Shown here: positions 20,989 through 33,000 of the stretch, piece by piece
How the letters are laid out: every line of letters begins with the position of its first letter
Position numbering within the stretch: position 1 is the first letter of the stretch
Assembly (NCBI GenBank): GCA_965219345.1
Contig: OZ244732.1
Span: 1,280,001-1,344,000 of the forward strand
DNA length: 64,000 nucleotides
Direction of reading: 5' to 3'
From: Nitrosopumilus sp.
GTDB lineage: Archaea; Thermoproteota; Nitrososphaeria; Nitrososphaerales; Nitrosopumilaceae
Made by a program: the position numbers and the translations under genes
The notes under the pieces: generated by a model
Databases searched by the model: none
Told to the model about the DNA's origin: nothing
Seen by the model: only the letters and a program-made list of their open reading frames with translations

Positions 20989-22044
20989 TTGTCAGTATCT
21001 AAACCAAAGAAACCTGCAAGTAAAAAAATTGTAAAAAAGACTTCCTCTAAAAAAACTGTTAAGAAACAACGAACAAAAGTAATCTGTATTTCTCATAAGG
21101 AAGATGCTGATGGAATCAGCTCAGCTGCATTAATCCGACAAGCCTTTGGCGGAGATGCAATTCTTGTAGATTATCCCGGTCAAATGGAAGCTATTCAACA
21201 AGTAGTTTTAGATAAAAAACTAAAATCTTTGTATATTTGTGATCTAGGACTAAGCAAAAAGACACAAGATGAATTTGTAGATATTATGACAACTCTTAGA
21301 AAAAATAAAATTGCAGTTACTTACATTGATCATCACGATCTTGATCCTACTGTTATAAAATCACTGAAGAAAATCAAAGTCAAAGTTATTCATGATATCA
21401 ATGAATGTACTGCTGTTCAGATTTATACCGCATTCAAATCCAGACTCAATGATCATGCTTCATTTATTGCAACGTGTGCAGCTATTACTGATTATATGGA
21501 GGATAGGCCAATTGGCTCCAAATTACTCCAAATTTATGACAGACAATTTGCACTAATCAACGCTACAGTACTTACATACAATATTGTTGGACATCAAAAG
21601 GAACCAGATTATTTACTGTATTTAGCAGAAGAATTGGCAGACTCTAAATTCCCACATGACATTCCAAATTCTTTTGAGTTTGCCCAAATTCAAGTCGAAA
21701 AACTCTCTCAGATGATTGCCAAAGTAAAGAAAGGAATGAAAACCATGAAAAATCTTGGTTATATGGAAATTTTAGATGCAGGAGCAAGTGGTGCTGTTAA
21801 CTTTGTGATGGGGTTATCAGGAAAAGATGTTGGTGTTGCATACAAAGAAAGAGTTGATCACGGTATCTATGCTGTTTCAGTAAGAGGTTCTAAGGACTGT
21901 AAAGTCCATTTAGGTAAAATTGTTAATATTTTAGCAACCGACCTTGGCGGTTCTGGTGGTGGACATGATAAGGCATGTGGTGCTGTAGTTCCAAAACCAA
22001 AGATAAAGAAATTCATTACAGAATTAAACAAAAAAATAAAGTAA
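20989..22044 (+). CDS. DHH family phosphoesterase
   Basis: HKEDADG, CDLG, IDHH and GGGH (DHHA1) motifs. Confidence 0.9.
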   Translation: MSVSKPKKPASKKIVKKTSSKKTVKKQRTKVICISHKEDADGISSAALIRQAFGGDAILVDYPGQMEAIQQVVLDKKLKSLYICDLGLSKKTQDEFVDIMTTLRKNKIAVTYIDHHDLDPTVIKSLKKIKVKVIHDINECTAVQIYTAFKSRLNDHASFIATCAAITDYMEDRPIGSKLLQIYDRQFALINATVLTYNIVGHQKEPDYLLYLAEELADSKFPHDIPNSFEFAQIQVEKLSQMIAKVKKGMKTMKNLGYMEILDAGASGAVNFVMGLSGKDVGVAYKERVDHGIYAVSVRGSKDCKVHLGKIVNILATDLGGSGGGHDKACGAVVPKPKIKKFITELNKKIK

Positions 22045-22467
22045 TCACTGTAGGAATCTGGGAATTTTCCTAACTAGATGTGAAATTGATATTCTTCCTG
22101 GTCCTGCAACAATAATTACTAAACTTGCAGCAAGAAGTATCAAGTCTAGCTCAAATGCTTTTTCTCCTGTGAGATTTGTAGCGCCTTTTACGTAAAATAT
22201 AGCTCCTAACATTACTATAGATAATAATGAGGATGAAATTCTAGTTAAAACTCCAATAATTAACAATATTCCTGGAATCGTTTCTGCCAATGCAATTGGG
22301 ATTTGCATCTCTGGTGGAAATCCAAGAGAACCGCTAAGAAACCCTGCAAAACCTGGATCAAACTTTGCTGTTCCGTGAACAATGAAAATCACTCCAATGG
22401 CAGTTCGTAATCCCATGAAAGCAACATCATGTAATACGTTTCCCTTTAGAGTTGCCTCCGTGTTCAT
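22045..22467 (-). CDS. DoxX family membrane protein
   Basis: LRTAIGVIFIVHG..K; GPGRISI; four hydrophobic segments. Confidence 0.88.
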   Translation of the reverse strand: MNTEATLKGNVLHDVAFMGLRTAIGVIFIVHGTAKFDPGFAGFLSGSLGFPPEMQIPIALAETIPGILLIIGVLTRISSSLLSIVMLGAIFYVKGATNLTGEKAFELDLILLAASLVIIVAGPGRISISHLVRKIPRFLQ

Positions 22468-23250
22468 GAATAGTTTTTTTTCTAAACGTATTAAAAGGAT
22501 CTGTGCGAATTAATGATAGGGTTGGAGTAATTTTTTAATATTTTACAAACACAAATTATTCAAAATTGAACCCAAAGATTATAGTACCTATAGTCATAAT
22601 TGGTGTTGCAATTGCTGTGTTAGCTGTTTCATTCCAAGGTGAATCTATTCCTGAAATCATCATTTCTAATCAAATTGAGTCTGTTGCAATTGATTTTGAG
22701 TCTACAGAACTGATTATGATGGAGACAAATGGCGTCAAGCATATCATTCCACTTGATAAGATCAAAGGAGGCGGACCACCAAAAGATGGAATTCCTTCCA
22801 TTGACAGTCCTATATTTGCAAATGTTCAAGGTTCTCACTTTATGTCTGATTCTGATACTGTTCTTGGAGTAGAAATTAATGGAGAAGTAAAAGCTTATCC
22901 TCTCTTTATCTTAGTTTGGCATGAAATAATTAATGACAATGTGGGTGGAACGCCAGTAGCTGTTACTTATTGTCCATTATGTTATGCCAATCAAGTCTTT
23001 GAGAGAGTTATTGATGGACAAGAAGTAGAATTTGGAACTTCTGGAAAACTATACAACAATAACTTGTTGATGTACGATAGATTAACTGAATCGTATTGGA
23101 GTCAAGCACTTGGAATATCAGTTAAAGGTGAACTAAGTGGATACAAACTGAATTTAATTCCGTTTGATGTCATTACTTGGGGTGATTGGAAAACACTTCA
23201 TCCTAATACATTGGTATTGACAACTGATACAGGACACATTCGTTCGTATA

Positions 23251-24550
23251 CAGTAGTCGGAAATGTCCCCATAAAACCAGCCAACAGATGCTCTCTGATG
23301 CGTTAACATTTTTCGATCATACAGATCTATTATCTACAGTGCCCTTACCCACCTTAGTGTTAGTGCAAAAAGGTGGGCAGGTACACCGTAACAAGATTGG
23401 AGAAAGGATACTTAATACCTTGTCAGCAATACTAGAGTCTTCATCCATAGGATTCTCTACTAGGAAGAATGCTCAATATGGGGTAAGCGAGTTTGTAGCC
23501 ATACTGATGAAGATGTCTGAATCCAACATAGCTTCCGAGGAAGCAATCAGGCTTCTCAAGCACGCAGAAAAGAAGATGCCATCACCCAAGTGGTTTCGCA
23601 ACAGGATAAACTCGTTGGGATCAGGCAGTGCAGACAAACTCTGCAGGGACATGCTCACACGCACCGCAAGACTTGCCAAGAATACATGCCGATACAAGGG
23701 AGGCGTACTAGTAGCAATAGACAAGCACCTGATACCAAGGCATGACAAGGACAACATGTCACATTTGACAAGATCCAAACCAAAGGGCGGTACAAGCAAG
23801 TTCGAGTGTTACGCAACAATGCATGTGGTAGCAGAACGGGTTCCTGCCATTTTGGAGTGCATGCAGGTAACGCGCAGCGTGGATGATGCCGATTTTGTGC
23901 GTAAATTCGTACAAAAACTCAAGGGTTACAGGATACGGGCCCGGCTGCTGCTGATGGACCGCGAGTTCTACTCTACTGAAATAATCAATCTTGTATCAGA
24001 ACATAGATGCAAGTTCCTGATGCCTGCAGTCAAGAACGCGGGGATAAAGAGGATGATACGGGAGCACCACGATAAATCACGCAAGGCAGTCTCACAGTAC
24101 GCCATCAGAAACGCAGCAGGTCAGTCTGCCACATTCACATTGATAATCACGCCATCAAAAAAGATAGACGATCCTGATGCTGACATCACGGAAAGATACA
24201 ATGTCTTTGCCACCAACCTTTCCCCAGCCAAGGCATTAGAAGAGATTGAGACGCTTCCAGATGAGTACAAGAGTAGGTGGGGAATAGAGACAGGATACAA
24301 GCAGGTCGAGCAGGTGCGTCCGAGGACAACAAGCCGCAATGCGTCATTTAGGGGAATCATGTTTCACGTCTCGATGTTCATGTACAATGCATGGGCAGTG
24401 GAGCAGTACCGAACAGATTCAAATTATGATCGGGTAACCCTGGCACTTGTCGCATATGCTACGGCAATGGCTGCGTTGGAATTATGCAGGATGGCGGGTC
24501 AACCGTATGATGTCGGAGGATCTGCCTAAGAGGCATATTTCCGACTACTG
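23251..24550 (+). mobile_element. ISH3-family insertion sequence, 1300 bp
   Basis: 14-bp perfect TIR CAGTAGTCGGAAAT; 5-bp TSD GTATA at 23246-23250 and 24551-24555. Confidence 0.92.
23288..24529 (+). CDS. DDE transposase (ISH3 family)
   Basis: VAIDKH, LMDREFYS, YKSRWGIETGY. Confidence 0.9.
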   Translation: MLSDALTFFDHTDLLSTVPLPTLVLVQKGGQVHRNKIGERILNTLSAILESSSIGFSTRKNAQYGVSEFVAILMKMSESNIASEEAIRLLKHAEKKMPSPKWFRNRINSLGSGSADKLCRDMLTRTARLAKNTCRYKGGVLVAIDKHLIPRHDKDNMSHLTRSKPKGGTSKFECYATMHVVAERVPAILECMQVTRSVDDADFVRKFVQKLKGYRIRARLLLMDREFYSTEIINLVSEHRCKFLMPAVKNAGIKRMIREHHDKSRKAVSQYAIRNAAGQSATFTLIITPSKKIDDPDADITERYNVFATNLSPAKALEEIETLPDEYKSRWGIETGYKQVEQVRPRTTSRNASFRGIMFHVSMFMYNAWAVEQYRTDSNYDRVTLALVAYATAMAALELCRMAGQPYDVGGSA

Positions 24551-25212
24551 GTATACAACTGATCCTTACGGAAGTTATTACGCAGAACCACGAATAATGT
24601 TTCCAGTAGAACATCAAGATGATAGAATGCATCCAAAAGAGATAATCCTTGGACTTAATCTAGATGATATCTACAAAGCTTACAAACAAAATTATATTGA
24701 ATCAAACGATAAGAGCTTAATTCAAAAGTATGCCTCATTAGGGAAAGTTATATTAACAGAGAATGACAGATAAAATCATGGGAATTCAATATGTAGCTGA
24801 CAAACTCTGGAAAAAATATGGAGGACCAAAAGGCCCAGGATTCAATTTGGATTCATTGGCAGATAATATGGCCGGATGGACCAATTACAGTTATTCTGAT
24901 TCATTAGCAGCTTTGAAAATATCTGCTTACAGGACCTAAAAAAGATTGACAGGGTATTGGACAAGCTAATCAGGTAAGGACAATACTCTTAAAAATCAAA
25001 AAAAAAAAAATCTTATTTGGAATAAAAAAAAGAAGTTCATATTCTTTCTCTTCCATCAGAGTAAAAATTTTTAATTAAAATTGAAATAATTTTAATAAAT
25101 ATTTGATTTTAATCGAATTTTTTTAATACATATAAAGAATACTTGGCAGCTTTATTACCAAGGATTCCAGTTTTTCTTCAATTAAGACTATTGTGCCTTT
25201 TTTTGGCTGATT

Positions 25213-26373
25213 TTAGTTTTTACTTATTTTGATGTGAACTTTTTCGCCTTTGTTGGAATTGTTTTGATAAATTGTTTTGGTTTTGTAACCTTGTTTTTGG
25301 AGGCATCCATCTAAAATTGAAATCCAAGGTAGTGAATGACTACTGTTTAGTTTTGACTCAATCATGATATTTTTGGTATTTACTTCATAATTCACACGTC
25401 CTGAGCACGTTATCTGCATTATTGCGTCCAACATCTCTATGATATCATCAAGTGATTTTGACTTTAATGAAATTCCATTTTTTTCCAATAGTTTGAACAT
25501 ATCAAATTCAGGTTTTTTTGACATCATTATAGAATTTAGAATATACATCAAACCGGTTTCATTAACAGTTTTAATTATTTTGTAAATTTCTTGTGCTTCT
25601 GTTTTTGTCATATCTGCAAGGGCTCTAGTTTTTATTGCATTCTTCCAGATGTTAGAAAATACTTTTTCCTGATTACTCCCAAGAATTTCAGTAGATGAAA
25701 AAATTGCTCCTTTTCCATTATTATTACTAATCATTAACAGTTCAGTCTCATCAAAAATAAAGCAATTTTGAGTAATCTCTGATGCTCTGATCTCAACTCC
25801 GTCAGGAATTGTTCTATATGACTCTGAGCAAATTTGTGTAGGAAGAACAAGTAGTTTAACATCCAGATTTCGACGTAAAACTGATAGTAACTGTTCTTTA
25901 CATTCAGCTAATAATCCAAACCCCCATTGGTCTGCCATTATTTTAATTGATGATTTTGAACCTCCAATCATAGTCTGAAGTTGAGCCAAGACATTATTTG
26001 CACTAAGTTCAAAGTATTTTTTTTCTTCAGACCCTCTAGATTTTCTACTTTCTTCACTGGCTTTCTTTAGATTTGAAATCAATGTGTTCATTGCATTTAC
26101 CTTGTTGATTTGTTCATGAATGATTCCATCAAATGCATCCTCAGGTGCAATCGCTGTACACATTATTGGCTTGCTCTTTGATATTATTACCAACTTCTTA
26201 TTTTCCAGTTTCAATAAAGTTGGATAGATTTTAGTTCGCGGAATCTCTGAATAATATGCTAACTCCCCTGCAGATATTGTTCCTTTAGCAATCAGAGCTA
26301 CATATGCCTGTGCTTCATATTTGCTTAATCCAAATTCTTCTAAACTGACTGTCAATGCATGTTCATTTACCAT
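25213..26373 (-). CDS. TrmB family transcriptional regulator
   Basis: FGLSKYEAQAY...IPRTKIYPTL wHTH plus effector domain. Confidence 0.9.
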   Translation of the reverse strand: MVNEHALTVSLEEFGLSKYEAQAYVALIAKGTISAGELAYYSEIPRTKIYPTLLKLENKKLVIISKSKPIMCTAIAPEDAFDGIIHEQINKVNAMNTLISNLKKASEESRKSRGSEEKKYFELSANNVLAQLQTMIGGSKSSIKIMADQWGFGLLAECKEQLLSVLRRNLDVKLLVLPTQICSESYRTIPDGVEIRASEITQNCFIFDETELLMISNNNGKGAIFSSTEILGSNQEKVFSNIWKNAIKTRALADMTKTEAQEIYKIIKTVNETGLMYILNSIMMSKKPEFDMFKLLEKNGISLKSKSLDDIIEMLDAIMQITCSGRVNYEVNTKNIMIESKLNSSHSLPWISILDGCLQKQGYKTKTIYQNNSNKGEKVHIKISKN

Positions 26374-26531
26374 GATTCTATTTGATCTGTTATTAGGTAA
26401 AATTGAGAGCTAAATTCCTTTAGACAACTACTCAAAAAAAATCAAAATTGTATCTGCAGGTGGGTGTAATCGTAGTTACTGAATTAATTGTTACAAGGCC
26501 CTCAAATACAAAATCTAGAATAACAAAATAC

Positions 26532-27096
26532 ATGTTGGTTAAATGCAATGTTAGCACATTGGAAATGGAAACATATCTCATTCAGTTACTCTTGTTCCAA
26601 GATTGAAATATTCTATAAATCTGCTAGATGAAATTATTGATATTCTCAAGGAAAAAAAATGTTACCTAAAAAAATCAAACAGATCTTTGGTTACTGATTT
26701 TGATGATACTGATAATGTTCACCTTGAAGCAATTGAACTAGAACGAATTACTACCTTTTCTTTAGAGATACTCTCTCTCAAATAAAAAAAATAACAGTAA
26801 GAATATCTGACATAAACATCACTACTGAAATACTGCCTGCAGCTATCCCAATTATTCGAACAGTCAGTGCACAATTATTTGGCATTGTTCCAAATTGTAG
26901 CCAAAAACTATCTGAACTGTCAGTTCATTTGTGCAGTATAGTACTAGATTCTGCTGCACTCACAAATGCACGATTTGACTTTGTTCAATCAAATGAGGAA
27001 TCCTCAACTTTGCTTAATGAAGTAAAGTTGATGGTAGACTCTAAAATAAGTAAGCAGTACCCTAATCTTGATTTTTTTAAAGTATGTAATACTTGA
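26532..27096 (+). pseudogene. Frameshifted ESCRT-III/CdvB paralogue
   Basis: C-terminal frame LPAAIPIIRTVSAQLFGIVP...SNEESSTLLNEVKLMVDSKISKQYPNL resembles CdvB. Frameshifts at about 26550 and in the (CT)n run at about 26771-26779. Two genes upstream of cdvC. Confidence 0.6.
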
Positions 27097-27584
27097 CAAT
27101 ACTGAATTCTAAACGAAACTTTTCTAAGGATATTGAACGTATTAGAACACTTTCGTCAAAGATTGATAAAAAACTATCAGAGGCTAAACCTTCTGATGAT
27201 GATAAACTAGACAAATTTACTTCAGAAGAACTACAGGATTTAAACAAAATTGTTGGAGTTGCTGATTTCATGCTATGCAAATATGCTGACAAAAAAGAAA
27301 TGCACTCAATTCTACAGCACTTTGTATCTATTATTTCTGATACTGCCAAATCTCTTGATAGTTTAGATGATGAATTATCTGAACTGATAATTTCAGCTGA
27401 AGACTCGATAAACAAAGTAAAAGATATGCATGTCCATATATCTGAGAAATCTGATTTCAAAAAGCAATATCATGATGGGCCTGAGTATAATGAGCATGAA
27501 ACAAGTGCAATTAATTTAACCAATTTTGGCACACAGGTTAACATAGCAGAATACCAACAAAATTCTCAAGAAGAAGCTGCGTAG
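27093..27584 (+). CDS. Hypothetical coiled-coil protein in the cdv cluster
   Basis: 163-aa helical ORF directly upstream of cdvC. Confidence 0.7.
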   Translation: MTILNSKRNFSKDIERIRTLSSKIDKKLSEAKPSDDDKLDKFTSEELQDLNKIVGVADFMLCKYADKKEMHSILQHFVSIISDTAKSLDSLDDELSELIISAEDSINKVKDMHVHISEKSDFKKQYHDGPEYNEHETSAINLTNFGTQVNIAEYQQNSQEEAA

Positions 27585-27593
27585 GTAATTAAG

Positions 27594-28787
27594 ATGAGTA
27601 TGGCCCCACAAGAATTAGAAAACACTGCTAGTAAATATGCCTCTGAGGCTATCAAATTTGACTCTCAGGGAGCGCGTGGAATGGCAATTTCACATTATCA
27701 GCAGGCTATTGATGCCCTTGTAAAATTATTGCAACTTTACCCTCATAGCAAACTGAACCAAATTTACAAAGAAAGATGTAACTCTTATCATAATAGAATT
27801 CAGGCATTACAACAGGCTGGTGGCGTAGAACCTGCAGTTGATCCAAAAGCATCAGAAAAAGATCAAAAGTCGTCTGTGCAAAGACAAGAAACAGAAAATG
27901 ACTTTGAAGATCTTGTAATGAAAGAAAAACCAGATGTTACCTGGGCCCAAGTAATTGGTTTAGAAGATGCTAAAAATGCATTACGTGAATCAATCATATA
28001 TCCTGCTAAAAGGCCTGATTTGTTTCCTCTTGGATGGCCAAAAGGAATGTTACTTTACGGACCTCCTGGTACCGGAAAAACAATGCTTGCAGCTGCTACT
28101 GCAAATGAGATGGATGGTTACTTTATCAATGTAGATGCATCATCTATGATGAGTAAATGGTTGGGTGAGGCAGAAAAGAATGTTTCAAAATTATTTGATA
28201 TGGCAAGACATTATGCTGAAAAAGAAGGTAAACCAGTTATTTTGTTTGTAGATGAAGTTGACTCTTTATTAGGTTCTAGAAATAGTGAAGTCGGCGGGGA
28301 AGTAAGAACTAAAAATCAATTCCTAACAGAGATGGATGGTGTTAATGGTAAGGGAAAAGATTTGATGCTTTATGTGATTGGAGCAACAAACAAACCTTGG
28401 AGTCTTGATTGGCCTTTCCTACGAAGATTCCAAAAGAGAATCTATGTATCACTGCCAACACTAGAAGCTAGAGAACATCTGTTTAGGGAGTATACTGAAC
28501 CCCTAAGAAAAAGTCTTAAAGTAAATCCAACTGAATTAGCAAAATTATTTGATGGATACAGTGCAAGTGACATCAAAGATATCTGTCAAGCAGCACAAAT
28601 TAAAACAGTTCACGAAATATTCAAGTCTCCAGACTATCACGAACCTGTAGAAGGTGAAGAACCTGTACAGCCAAGAGATCTTACTCCCTCTGATTTTAAG
28701 GAAATCATGGCAAGAAGAAAACCAAGTGTTTCAACTGAAATGATTCGCGCCTATCACAAATGGAGCGAAGAGTTCAAAGCACTCTGA
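27594..28787 (+). CDS. cdvC: Vps4-like AAA ATPase CdvC
   Basis: N-terminal MIT domain, GPPGTGKT, FVDEVD, ATNKPW. Confidence 0.92.
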   Translation: MSMAPQELENTASKYASEAIKFDSQGARGMAISHYQQAIDALVKLLQLYPHSKLNQIYKERCNSYHNRIQALQQAGGVEPAVDPKASEKDQKSSVQRQETENDFEDLVMKEKPDVTWAQVIGLEDAKNALRESIIYPAKRPDLFPLGWPKGMLLYGPPGTGKTMLAAATANEMDGYFINVDASSMMSKWLGEAEKNVSKLFDMARHYAEKEGKPVILFVDEVDSLLGSRNSEVGGEVRTKNQFLTEMDGVNGKGKDLMLYVIGATNKPWSLDWPFLRRFQKRIYVSLPTLEAREHLFREYTEPLRKSLKVNPTELAKLFDGYSASDIKDICQAAQIKTVHEIFKSPDYHEPVEGEEPVQPRDLTPSDFKEIMARRKPSVSTEMIRAYHKWSEEFKAL

Positions 28788-28878
28788 TCATACATTTTCG
28801 TGCGATCAATATTTTTCATTCCTTTATGTCTCACACAAAACTTAAATTAATATTAATTCGGACTCAACGAGGGTAACA

Positions 28879-30018
28879 ATAACTACCAAAAAATCTAACC
28901 ACGCAAAAAAGTTTGGAAAGCTGGTTTTTGATGATGGCACTGTTCTTGATGGTGAAGGTTTTGGTTATTCTACAACTGTTTTTGGTGAAATTGTCTTTAA
29001 CACTGGAATGGTTGGTTATACTGAAGCACTTACAGATCCATCATACAATGGCCAAATTCTTACACTAACATATCCGCTAGTTGGAAATTATGGTGTTCCT
29101 GATCCCTCTATAAAAGACGATGATGGTATTCCAAAATTCTTTGAATCTGATAAAATGCAAATTCGAGGACTAGTAGTCCATGAATTATCATTAACTGCAA
29201 GTCATTGGAATCTCTCAATGACATTAGATGAGTGGATGTACAACGAAAGGGTACCTGGAATTTCAGGAATTGACACCCGTGAACTAACAAAGAAACTTCG
29301 AACAGGCGGTGTTATGATGGCAGCTCTTGTGGTCTCTGATTCTGAAATTGATGTTGAGCAAGTCAAAAAAGAACTTGCATCAGCTGTTCATTATGACTCT
29401 GAGCAATTCATGGATGTAGTATCTACAAAACAAGAACGAGTTTATGGTGCAGGTGACAAATCAGTTGTTGTAATTGATACTGGCGCAAAAAATGCAATTT
29501 TAAGAAATATTCGTGAACTTGGATACAAGGCAATTTTACTTCCTTGGAATACAACTTATGAAAAGGTAATGTCTTACAACCCTAAAGGAGTTATACTTAG
29601 TAGTGGTCCTGGTGATCCTCAAAAATGTCCAGACACAATTGATACTGCTAAAAAATTAATTGAAAATAATATCCCTACATTGGGAATTTGTTTAGGAGCA
29701 CAAATTATTGGTATTGCAGGAAATACTGAGACTTACAAACTTAAGTATGGACATCGAGGACAGAACAAACCTTGTGTTAATTTAGAAAATAACCAAATCT
29801 ATGTTACTAGTCAGAACCATGGATATGGAATTACTCCAGAATCTTTGGAAAAATCTGAATTTAATTTATGGTTTACAAATGCAGACGACAAAACAGTTGA
29901 AGGAATAAAACACAAAAAACAAAATTGTGTTGCAGTACAGTTTCATCCAGAAGCTGCACCAGGTCCTTTTGATTGCAAGTTCATCTTTGAAGAGCTAAAA
30001 CACCTAATGGAGAAATGA
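28879..30018 (+). CDS. carA: Carbamoyl-phosphate synthase small subunit (start uncertain, apparently non-canonical)
   Basis: GEIVFNTGMVGY, GICLG, QNHG, QFHPE. The conserved N-terminus extends upstream of ATG 29008. Confidence 0.93.
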   Translation: MTTKKSNHAKKFGKLVFDDGTVLDGEGFGYSTTVFGEIVFNTGMVGYTEALTDPSYNGQILTLTYPLVGNYGVPDPSIKDDDGIPKFFESDKMQIRGLVVHELSLTASHWNLSMTLDEWMYNERVPGISGIDTRELTKKLRTGGVMMAALVVSDSEIDVEQVKKELASAVHYDSEQFMDVVSTKQERVYGAGDKSVVVIDTGAKNAILRNIRELGYKAILLPWNTTYEKVMSYNPKGVILSSGPGDPQKCPDTIDTAKKLIENNIPTLGICLGAQIIGIAGNTETYKLKYGHRGQNKPCVNLENNQIYVTSQNHGYGITPESLEKSEFNLWFTNADDKTVEGIKHKKQNCVAVQFHPEAAPGPFDCKFIFEELKHLMEK

Positions 30019-30022
30019 ACAA

Positions 30023-33000
30023 ATGCCAAAGAATGAATCGCTAAAGAAAATTCTTGTACTGGGAAGTGGCGCAATTAAAATCGGAGAAGCTGGTGAATTT
30101 GATTACTCTGGAAGTCAATGTCTTAAAGCAATACATGAAGATGGATTGAACAGTGTTTTAATAAATCCAAACATTGCAACAATTCAGACAGACACTAGAT
30201 TTGCAGATCAGGTGTATCTTCTTCCTGTAAACCAAGAGTATGTAGAATCAATTATCGAAAAAGAAAGGCCAGATGGAATTATGTTAGCATATGGTGGACA
30301 AACTGCACTGAATTGTGGTGTTAAGCTAGAGGAATCTGGTATTTTGCAAAAATACGGAGTAAATGTACTTGGAACTCAAATTTCTGGAATTCAAAAGACC
30401 GAAGACAGGCAGCTTTTCAAGAATTCTATGAAGGAATCAGGCGTACCTGTACTGAAAAGCGAGACTGTTACTAACTTTGAGGATGCCAAAAAGGTAGCAA
30501 TAGATCTGTGCTATCCTGTCATAATTCGAGTAGCCTATACTTTAGGTGGACGCGGAGGAGGAGTCGCCCATAATGAAATTGAACTTTATGAGATAGTTGA
30601 ACGAGGTCTTAAAGCAAGTATTGTTGGCCAAGTTTTAATTGAAGAATACATTGGACACTGGAAACAAATCGAGTATGAAGTAATGCAGGACTATGATGGT
30701 AACAACGTAATTGTCTGCAACATGGAAAATGTTCTTTCTATGAAAGCCCACACTGGTGATAATATTGTAGTTGCTCCATCACAAACTATTGATAATCATG
30801 AATATCACACGCTACGTTCTACAGCATTGCGTGCAACAAAACATGTTGGGATTGTAGGTGAATGTAATATTCAATATGCACTTGAACCAAACTCAGATAG
30901 GTATGTCGCAATTGAAATTAATCCACGACTTTCACGTTCTTCTGCTCTTGCAAGCAAAGCAACAGGATATCCACTTGCATACATGTCTGCCAAAATTGGG
31001 TTAGGATACAACTTGTCAGAACTAGCTAATAGAATTACAAAAAGTACCACTGCGTGCTTTGAGCCATCACTTGATTATATTGTATGCAAACATCCTCGAT
31101 GGGACTTTGAGAAGTTTGAACTAGTAAACCGAAAACTTGGACCTGCAATGAAATCAGTAGGAGAAGTAATGGCAGTAGGTAGAACCTTTGAGGAATCACT
31201 TCAAAAATCAATCCGAATGTTGGATATTGGAAACGATGGTCTAGTTCTTAATCGTGTAAATGGGAAAACCTACACTGAAGAAGAAATTGAAAGTAAACTC
31301 ACTCATCATGATGATCATATTTTGTACAATGTTGCAATTGCATTGAAGATGGGAATTTCAGTTGAGAAAATTTACAAACTCTCTACAATTGATCCGTGGT
31401 TTATTGAAAAGATAAAAAATATCATAAATATAGAATCAAAATTAAAAGACTCTGAACTGGGAGAATCACTTCTTTGGGAAGCCAAAAAAATGGGCTTTTC
31501 AGATAAGCAAATTGCTCGTGCCAAAGATAAAACGCCTGATGAAGTGCGTGATTTACGAAAGAAATTGGGTGTTTTACCCTCTGTAAAGCAGATTGATACT
31601 CTTGCAGCAGAATGGCCTGCAGTTACAAATTACCTCTATCTAACGTATGGTGGTCATTCTCATGACATTGAGATTCCTTCTGATGAAAAAGGAATTGTTG
31701 TACTGGGAGCTGGACCATATAGAATTGGAAGTAGCGTGGAATTTGATTGGGGTACAGTCAACATGGTTTGGGGTCTACAAGAAAATGGTGAAAAAAATAT
31801 CTCTGTGGTGAATTGCAATCCAGAAACAGTATCTACTGATTATGATATTTGTACTCGATTATACTTTGAGGAATTAACACAGGAAAGGATTCTAGATATC
31901 AGTGAATTTGAAAATCCTAAAGGAATTGTTACTTGTGTTGGAGGACAGACTGCAAATAATCTAACTCCTGGTCTTGCTAAACATGGTGTTAACATCTTAG
32001 GAACTAGTGCATTTGATGTTGATAGAGCAGAAAACCGTTCAAAGTTCAGTGCGGAGCTTGATAAACTACACATTCAACAACCACGTTGGCAAGCATTCTC
32101 AAATCTCAATGAAGCCAAAAACTTTGCACAAGAAGTTGAGTTTCCAGTACTTGTAAGGCCCTCTTACGTTCTTTCCGGCGCTGCCATGAAAGTTGTTTGG
32201 TCTCCAACAGAACTAAAGACATATGTCAAGGCTGCAGCTGATGTTTCCCCTGATCATCCAGTTGTAATTTCAAAATTCATGTTAAATTCACTTGAGGTAG
32301 ATGTAGATGGAATATGTAATGGAAAACAAGTAGTCATTGGTGCAATTGTTGAACACATTGATAGTGCTGGTGTCCATTCTGGAGATGCTATGATGTGTAT
32401 ACCACCATGGCGACTAAGTAACAAAATCATTGAGACCATAATTGAGTCTACAAAAAAGATTGCATTGACCTTTAATGTCAAAGGTCCGTTTAACCTACAA
32501 TACTTGGTTCATGATGACCATGTCTATGTAATTGAGCTGAATATTCGAGCATCGCGTTCTATGCCATTTGTCTCAAAACTTGTTAAAATGAACCTGATTT
32601 CTCTTGCATCCAAGGCTATTTTGGATAAGCCCTTGCCCAAAATATCTGAAAACAAGTGGCAAAAGATCCACAACTATGGAATCAAAGTTCCACAGTTCTC
32701 CTTTATGCAACTACAAGGTGCAGATATTGCATTGGGAGTTGAGATGCAGTCCACTGGCGAAGCTGCTTGTTTTGGAAATAGTTTCCATGATGCATTATCA
32801 AAGGGGTTGATATCTGTTGGTTACAATCTACCTGTTAAAGGAACTGCACTTGTAACTGTTGGTGGTGAGATAAACAAACAAAAACTAGTTTCAAGTATTG
32901 CAAAACTCAAACACCTTGGGTTCAAAATTTTAGCAACTGAACATACTGCAGAATTCTTTGAAGAAAAAATTGGTCAAGTGGAAACAGTTCACAAAATTTC

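Larger units (their letters stand above)
22566..24773 (+). pseudogene. DUF3179-family exported protein interrupted by an ISH3-type IS, probably also 3' truncated
   Basis: GGPPKDGIPSID, TYCPLC, FGTSGKLY motifs. Removing the IS and one TSD restores HIRSYTTDPYGSYY. Confidence 0.85.

Noticed and set aside
24990-25140. Poly-A and very AT-rich tract
   Set aside because: Consistent with terminator or degraded intergenic DNA; no further structure seen.
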